From Eledone cirrhosa (lineage: Eukaryota): DNA of 64,000 bases. The position numbers were made by a program, and so were the translations under genes. Shown here one piece after another: positions 57,101 through 64,000 of the stretch (positions are counted from its first letter, which is position 1; each line of letters begins with the position of its first letter). A model generated the notes under the pieces. It did no database searches. It saw only the letters and a list, made by a program, of their open reading frames with translations, and was not told the DNA's origin. The stretch is taken from the NCBI GenBank assembly GCA_964016885.1, contig OZ024745.1:10292001-10356000 (forward strand), in the 5' to 3' direction.

Positions 57101-60100
57101 CTATTGTAAACTAGATATACATGGTATTACAACATACAGGGATACTGTGTACCTATTCTAAACTAGATATACATGGTATTACAACATACAGGGATCCAGT
57201 GTACCTATTCTAAACTATATATACATGGTATTACAACATACAGGGATACAGTGTACCTATTCTAAACTAGATATATATGGTATTACAACATACAGGGATA
57301 CAGTGTACCTATTCTAAACTAGATATATATGGTATTACAACATACAGGGATACAGTGTACCTATTGTAAACTATATATATATGGTATTACAACATACAGG
57401 GATACAGTGTACCTATTCTAAACTAGATATACATGGTATTACAACATACAGGGATACAGTGTACCTATTCTAAACTAGATATATATGGTATTACAACATA
57501 CAGGGATACAGTGTACCTATTCTAAACTAGATATATATGTTATTACAACATACAGGGATACAGTGTACCTATTCTAAACTAGATATACATGGTATTACAA
57601 CATACAGGGATACAGTGTACCTATTCTAAACTAGATATACATGGTATTACAACATACAGGGATACAGTGTACCTATTCTAAACTAGACATACATGGTATT
57701 ACAACATACAGGGATACAGTGTACCTATTCTAAACTAGATATATATGGTATTACAACATACAGGGATACAGTGTACCTATTCTAAACTAGATATATATGG
57801 TATTATGACATACAGGGATACAGTGTACCTATTCTAAACTAGATATACATGGTATTACAACATACAGGGATACAGTGTACCTATTCTAAACTAGATATAT
57901 ATGGTATTACAACATACAGGGATACAGTGTACCTATTCTAAACTAGATATACATGGTATTACAACATACAGAGATACAGTGTACCTATTCTAAACTAGAT
58001 ATATATTGTATTACAACATACAGGGATACAGTGTACCTATTCTAAACTAGATATACATGGTATTACAATATACAGGGATACAGTGTACCTATTCTAAACT
58101 AGATATACATGGTATTACAACATACAGAGATACAGTGTACCTATTCTAAACTAGATATACATGGTATTACAACATACAGAGATACAGTGTACCTATTCTA
58201 AACTAGATATATATTGTATTACAACATACAGGGATACAGTGTACCTATTCTAAACTAGATATACATGGTATTACAATATACAGGGATACAGTGTACCTAT
58301 TCTAAACTAGATATACATGGTATTACAACATACAGAGATACAGTGTACCTATTCTAAACTAGATATATATTGTATTACAACATACAGGGATACAGTGTAC
58401 CTATTCTAAACTAGATATACATGGTATTACAATATACAGGAATACAGTGTACCTATTCTAAACTAGATATACATGGTATTACAACATATAGGGATACAGT
58501 GTACCTATTCTAAACTAGATATACATGGTATTATGACATACAGGGATACAGTGTACCTATTCTAAACTAGATATATATGGTATTACAACATACAGAGATA
58601 CAGTGTACCTATTCTAAACTAGATATACATGGTATTATGACATACAGGGATACAGTGTACCTATTCTAAACTAGATATATATGGTATTATGACATACAGG
58701 GATACAGTGTACCTATTCTAAACTAGATATACATGGTATTACAACATACAGGGATACAGTGTACCTATTGTAAACTAGATATACATGGTATTACAACATA
58801 CAGGGATACAGTGTACCTATTCTAAACTATATATATATGGTATTACAACATACTGGGATACAGTATACCTATTCTGAACTATATATATATATGGTATTAC
58901 AACAAACAGGGATACAGTGTACCTATTCTAAACTAGATATACATGGTATTATGACATACAGGGATACAGTGTACCTATTCTAAACTAGATATACATGGTA
59001 TTAAGACATACAGGGATACAGTATACCTATTCTAAACTAGATATACATGGTATTATGACATACAGGGATACAGTATACCTATTCTAAACTAGATCTATAT
59101 GGTATTACAACATACAGGGATACAGTGTACCTATTCTAAACTAGATATACATGGTATTACAACGTACAGGGATACAGTGAACCTATTCTAAACTAGATAT
59201 ACATGGTCTTATGACATACAGGGATACAGTGAACCTATTCTAAACTAGATATACATGGTATTACAACATACAGGGATACAGTGTACCTATTCTAAACTAG
59301 ATATATATGGTATTACAACATACAGGGATACAGTGTACCTATTCTAAACTAGATATACATGGTATTATGACATACAGGGATACAGTGTACCTATTCTAAA
59401 CTAGATATACATGGTCTTACAACATACAGGGATACAGTGTACCTATTCTAAACTAGATATACACGGTATTACAACATACAGGGATACAGTGTACCTATTC
59501 TAAACTAGATATATATGGTATTACAACACAGAGATACAGTGTACCTATTCTAAACTAGATATACATGGTATTACAACATACAGGGATACAGTGTACCTAT
59601 TCTAAACTAGATATACATGGTATTACAACATACAGTGATACAGTGTACCTATTCTAAACTAGATATACATGGTATTACAACATACAGGGATACAGTGAAC
59701 CTATTCTAAACTAGATATACATGGTAATACAACATACAGGGATACAGTGTACCTATTCTAAACTAGATATACATGGTATTACAACATACAGGGATACAGT
59801 GTACCTATTCTAAACTAGATATACATGGTATTACAACATACAGGGATACAGTGTACCTATTCTAAACTTGATATATATGGTCTTACAACATACAGGGATA
59901 CAGTGTACCTATTCTAAACTTGATATATATGGTCTTACAACATACAGGGATACAGTGTACCTATTCTAAACTAGATATACTAGGTATTATGACATACAGG
60001 GATACAGTGTACCTATTCTAAACTAGATATATATGGTATTATGACATAGAGGGATACAGTGTACCTATTCTAAACTAGATATACTAGGTATTACAACATA

Positions 60101-61633
60101 CAGGGATACAGTGTACCTATTCTAAACTAGATATATATGGTCTTACAACATACAGGGATACAGTGTACCTATTCGAAACTAGATATACATGGTATTACAA
60201 CATACAGGGATACAGTGTACCTATTCTAAACTAGATATATATGGTCTTACAACATACAGGGATACAGTGTACCTATTCTAAACTAGATATACATGGTATT
60301 ATGACATACATGGATACAGTGTACCTATTTTAAACTAGATATATATGGTATTACAACAGACAGGGATACGGTGTACCTATTCTAAACTAGATATATATGG
60401 TATTATGACATACAGGGATACAGTGTACCTATTATAAACTTGATATATATGGTATTGCAACATACAGGGATACAGTGTACCTATTCTAAACTAGATATAC
60501 ATGGTATTATGACATACAGGGATACAGTGTACCTATTCTAAACTAGATATACATGGTATTACAACATACAGGGATACAGTGTACCTATTCTAAACTAGAT
60601 ATACATGGTATTATGACATACAGGGATACAGTGTACCTATTCTAAACTAGATATATATGGTATTACAACATACAGGGATACAGTGTACCTATTCTAAACT
60701 AGATATACATGGTATTATGACATACACGGATACAGTGTACCTATTTTAAACTAGATATATATGGTATTACAACAGACAGGGATACAGTGTACCTATTCTA
60801 AACTAGATATATATGGTATTATGACATACAGGGATACAGTGTACCTATTATAAACTTGATATATATGGTATTGCAACATACAGGGATACAGTGTACCTAT
60901 TCTAAACTAGATATACATGGTATTATGACATACAGGGATACAGTGTACCTATTCTAAACTAGATATACATGGTATTACAACATACAGGGATACAGTGTAC
61001 CTATTCTAAACTAGATATACATGGTATTACAACATACAGGGATACAGTGTACCTATTCTAAACTAGATATACATGGTATTATGACATACAGGGATACAGT
61101 GTACCTATTCTAAACTAGATATACATGGTATTACAACATACAGGGATACAGTGTACCTATTCTAAACTAGATATACATGGTCTTACAACACACATGGATA
61201 CAGTGTACCTATTCTAAACTAGATATACATGGTATTACAACATACAGGGATACAGTGTACCTATTCTAAACTAGATATACATGGTATTATGACATACAGG
61301 GATACAGTGTACCTATTCTAAACTAGATATACATGGTCTTACAACACACATGGATACAGTGTACCTATTCTAAACTAGATATACATGGTATTACAACATA
61401 CAGGGATACAGTGTACCTATTCTAAACTAGATATACATGGTATTACAACATACAGGGATACAGTGTACCTATTCTAAACTAGATATACATGGTCTTACAA
61501 CACACATGGATACAGTGTACCTATTCTAAACTAGATATACATGGTATTACAACATACAGGGATACAGTGTACCTATTCTAAACTAGATATATATGGTATT
61601 ACAACACACATGGATACAGTGTACCTATTCTAA
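33059..61633. repeat. 52-bp satellite, ~28.5 kb, ~550 copies
   Basis: Unit gggatacagtgtacctattctaaactagatatacatggtattacaacataca; period 52 (e.g. 34991 to 35043). Confidence 0.99.
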
Positions 61634-61894
61634 GTCAGAGATACAGAATTAATTTTCAAAATTAACTGCTACACACAGGCAATGTATTTCATTAGAAAAA
61701 CGGTAAGAAAAAGCTTAAGTAGGGCTCAACAAGCTGCTAGTTTCTAACTAAAACTCCTTATTGGCTGAAATAACTCTTAACAATAATGAAACTAATGTTT
61801 GCATGTGTTTACACCATTAGTCCCTTCCTAGATTGATGTCTAAGAAATAGCATTGAAGTGAGCATTACAAGGAAAGTTATTTATGCTAAATGTC

Positions 61895-62184
61895 TAAAAA
61901 GTCTAAAGTCTGTCTCAAAACCGGAGGCTCATTAGACCTGTGCTTATCCCAGTTTCTGTGGTGTGAAGTGACAGAGTACAAGACTTCCCCTGGACAGGGC
62001 ACCAGTCCATCTCAGAGTTAAACCCCCGGCTATTGCTGGTGGGACTCATTTTCAGCTGAGTATACTGGAACAACATAAAATGAAGTGTTTTGCTAAAGAA
62101 TAGAAAACATAACACAGTCCAGGAATCGAACCCATGACATTATGATTGTAAGTCTAACATCCTTACCACTAGGCCACGTGCCTC
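61895..62184 (-). mobile_element. Full-length tRNA-derived SINE (agacttt tail)
   Basis: Minus strand gaggcacgtggcctagtggtaagg (A box) and gggttcgattcc (B box). Confidence 0.85.
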
Positions 62185-62982
62185 TTCCTTAATTGATGGG
62201 AAAACAACTGATAAGGAGCAATATGAAACAGGTTGCAAAAACTGATTGAAGGTGGTGCAAAAAATAAATTTTGCAAAGAAACAGTTTAGCTGGCCAGAGA
62301 ATGTGTGCCCAGTATTAGTGTATCTGGTCACTGATGGGACCCTCTGTAAGGACTCTGTCTACAATGACCCTCTTGTAAAGAAGAAAAATAAAAGGAGAAA
62401 AAGGAAAACAACAACAAAAAGGAGGAATTGCTGTATTTGGAGATTGCTGTTGATGAGTTGAAGACATCTACCTGCCATATTTCCATTATGTTGAAATAGC
62501 AGAGAGAGTAAACTGTATAAAGGTATTGTAATATAAGAAAGTAATCAAAGAAAGCCAGGTAAAAAGAACAAGAGAGATTTAAGTTGCTGTATTGGTAAAA
62601 TATGATGGAAACCATTAATATTTAAATAGAAAAATGCGAGAACTATTCATCAGATTCAACATATTCATTTTCAGACTTTGATATGGTTGATGTTACTGAT
62701 GAGGGTGATGATGAATAACCCCCAGTCAGCTCTGCATGAAAAGTCTGGTGAGATATCAAATCCTAAATGTTTAATTCTGATTGTCTAGCCTTGCAAATAT
62801 CTTCACCACTTCAATAACACCACCACCCCAAAACATACACATACATAACCCAAACCCCAAGACTTAGAAATATATATATATATATAAGCAGAAGAGATAT
62901 TCAATTTGTTGGTAATTCAACAAATATAAATGTTTATAACTGATTCAGAGCACTCAACAAGTTTTCTGGAGTATAATATTCA

Positions 62983-63226
62983 ATATTAAATAAATGGAAA
63001 CTATATTTATAAAACCATATTTATTCTATTATATATATTTCAAGGGTACCAAAACTTTGGTATGCTTTCATCAGATAAAATACGAAGTGTGTTTTATAAA
63101 TTTTGACATAACCAAGGAAAATACCTTAACAGTTCAAGATGAAATTGTACCAAAATTTTGGTACCCTTGAAATATATATAATAGAAAAATATGGTTTTAT
63201 AAATATAGTTTCCATCTATTTAATAT
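62983..63226. mobile_element. Fold-back element with ~80-90-bp arms, Penelope-like inverted termini
   Basis: 62983-63062 is the near-exact reverse complement of 63148-63226; followed by (TA)n. Confidence 0.75.
63022..63082 (-). ncRNA. Candidate minimal type I hammerhead ribozyme
   Basis: Minus strand: UAUUUUAU CUGAUGA AAGcaUACCAAaguuUUGGUAccCUU GAAA U auau AUA^ AUAGAAUA. All core nucleotides are present, with an 8-bp stem I, a stem II and a 2-bp stem III with palindromic tetraloop. Confidence 0.7.
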
Positions 63227-63229
63227 CAT

Positions 63230-63231
<2 letters not shown>

Positions 63232-63294
<63 letters not shown>
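63232..63294. repeat. (TA)n(CA)n microsatellite
   Basis: Seen directly. Confidence 0.97.
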
Positions 63295-63295
<1 letters not shown>

Positions 63296-63397
63296 GATTA
63301 TACAGAAAATAGCACTAAGGACTACTAGGCACTGCATATATATCATGAAGAGTATTCTCAATACAATAGAAATAGCAATACCAAAAACAATACTGCA

Positions 63398-63781
63398 CAT
63401 ACCCAAGGTGCACAGAGCTGTGCTTACTAATGCAGTGATAACATACCCAAGGTGCACAGCTTACTAATGCAGTGATAATATACCCAAGGCGCACAGCTTA
63501 CTAATGCAGTGATAACATACCCAAGGTGCACAGCTTACTAATGCAGTGATAACATACCCAAGGTGCACAGCTTACTAATGCAGTGATAACATACCCAAGG
63601 TGCACAGCTTACTAATGCAGTGATAACATACCCAAGGTGCACAGCTTACTAATGCAGTGATAACATACCCAAGGTGCACAGCTTACTAATGCAGTGATAA
63701 CATACCCAAGGTGCACAGCTTACTAATGCAGTGATAACATACCCAAGGTGCACAGCTTACTAATGCAGTGATAATATACCC
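63398..63781. repeat. 37-bp minisatellite, ~10 copies
   Basis: Unit gcttactaatgcagtgataacatacccaaggtgcaca. Confidence 0.97.
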
Positions 63782-63782
63782 T

Positions 63783-64000
63783 GAAGAGTTTAGCGTAAAA
63801 GTTGGCGTCCATCAGGGCTCTGTTCTCAGCCCCCTACTATTTATTATTGCCCTTCAGGCTATAACAGAGGAGTTCAAGACAGGCTGCCCATGGGAACTCC
63901 TATACGCAGACGACCTGACACTCATAGCGGAATCAATGGCCGAGCTAGAGAAGAAATTCCAAACATGGAAGCACGGCCTAGAGTCAAAAGGACTTAAAAT
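63783..64000 (+). mobile_element. 5'-truncated RTE-clade LINE, reverse transcriptase domain, continues past the right edge
   Basis: Open frame EEFSVKVGVHQGSVLSPLLFIIALQAITEEFKTGCPWELLYADDLTLIAESMAELEKKFQTWKHGLESKGLK with QGSVLSP and YADD motifs. Confidence 0.93.

Noticed and set aside
62696-62760. CTGATGAGGGT..ACCC hammerhead candidate
   Set aside because: GAAA does not follow stem II and no stem I or III forms.

Overview
AT-rich, repeat-dense eukaryotic DNA. The SINE families and (GAT)n RTE-type tails look octopus/cephalopod-like (inference). The only host coding sequence I can support is two minus-strand exons (18606-18781 and 14575-14723) of an AGC/DMPK-family kinase most like Citron Rho-interacting kinase. 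Everything else is probably intronic. About 41 kb (~64%) is tandem satellite with 41, ~51, 39/42, 25, 30, 52 (28.5 kb) and 37 bp units. The rest holds SINEs, RTE and CR1 LINE fragments, piggyBac-like and Tigger-like MITEs and fold-back elements. Main observations: (i) a complete-looking minimal type I hammerhead ribozyme at 63022-63082 (-) inside a Penelope-like inverted repeat, plus a second, imperfect one at ~32 kb; (ii) the 52-bp and 30-bp satellites both grew from the same short segment of one retroposon family, and unexpanded copies are in the window; (iii) the 25-bp satellite is an amplified piggyBac-like MITE end plus TTAA; (iv) nested piggyBac-like MITEs. The long ORFs in the ORF track are repeat artefacts. 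All calls are by eye, with no database searches.
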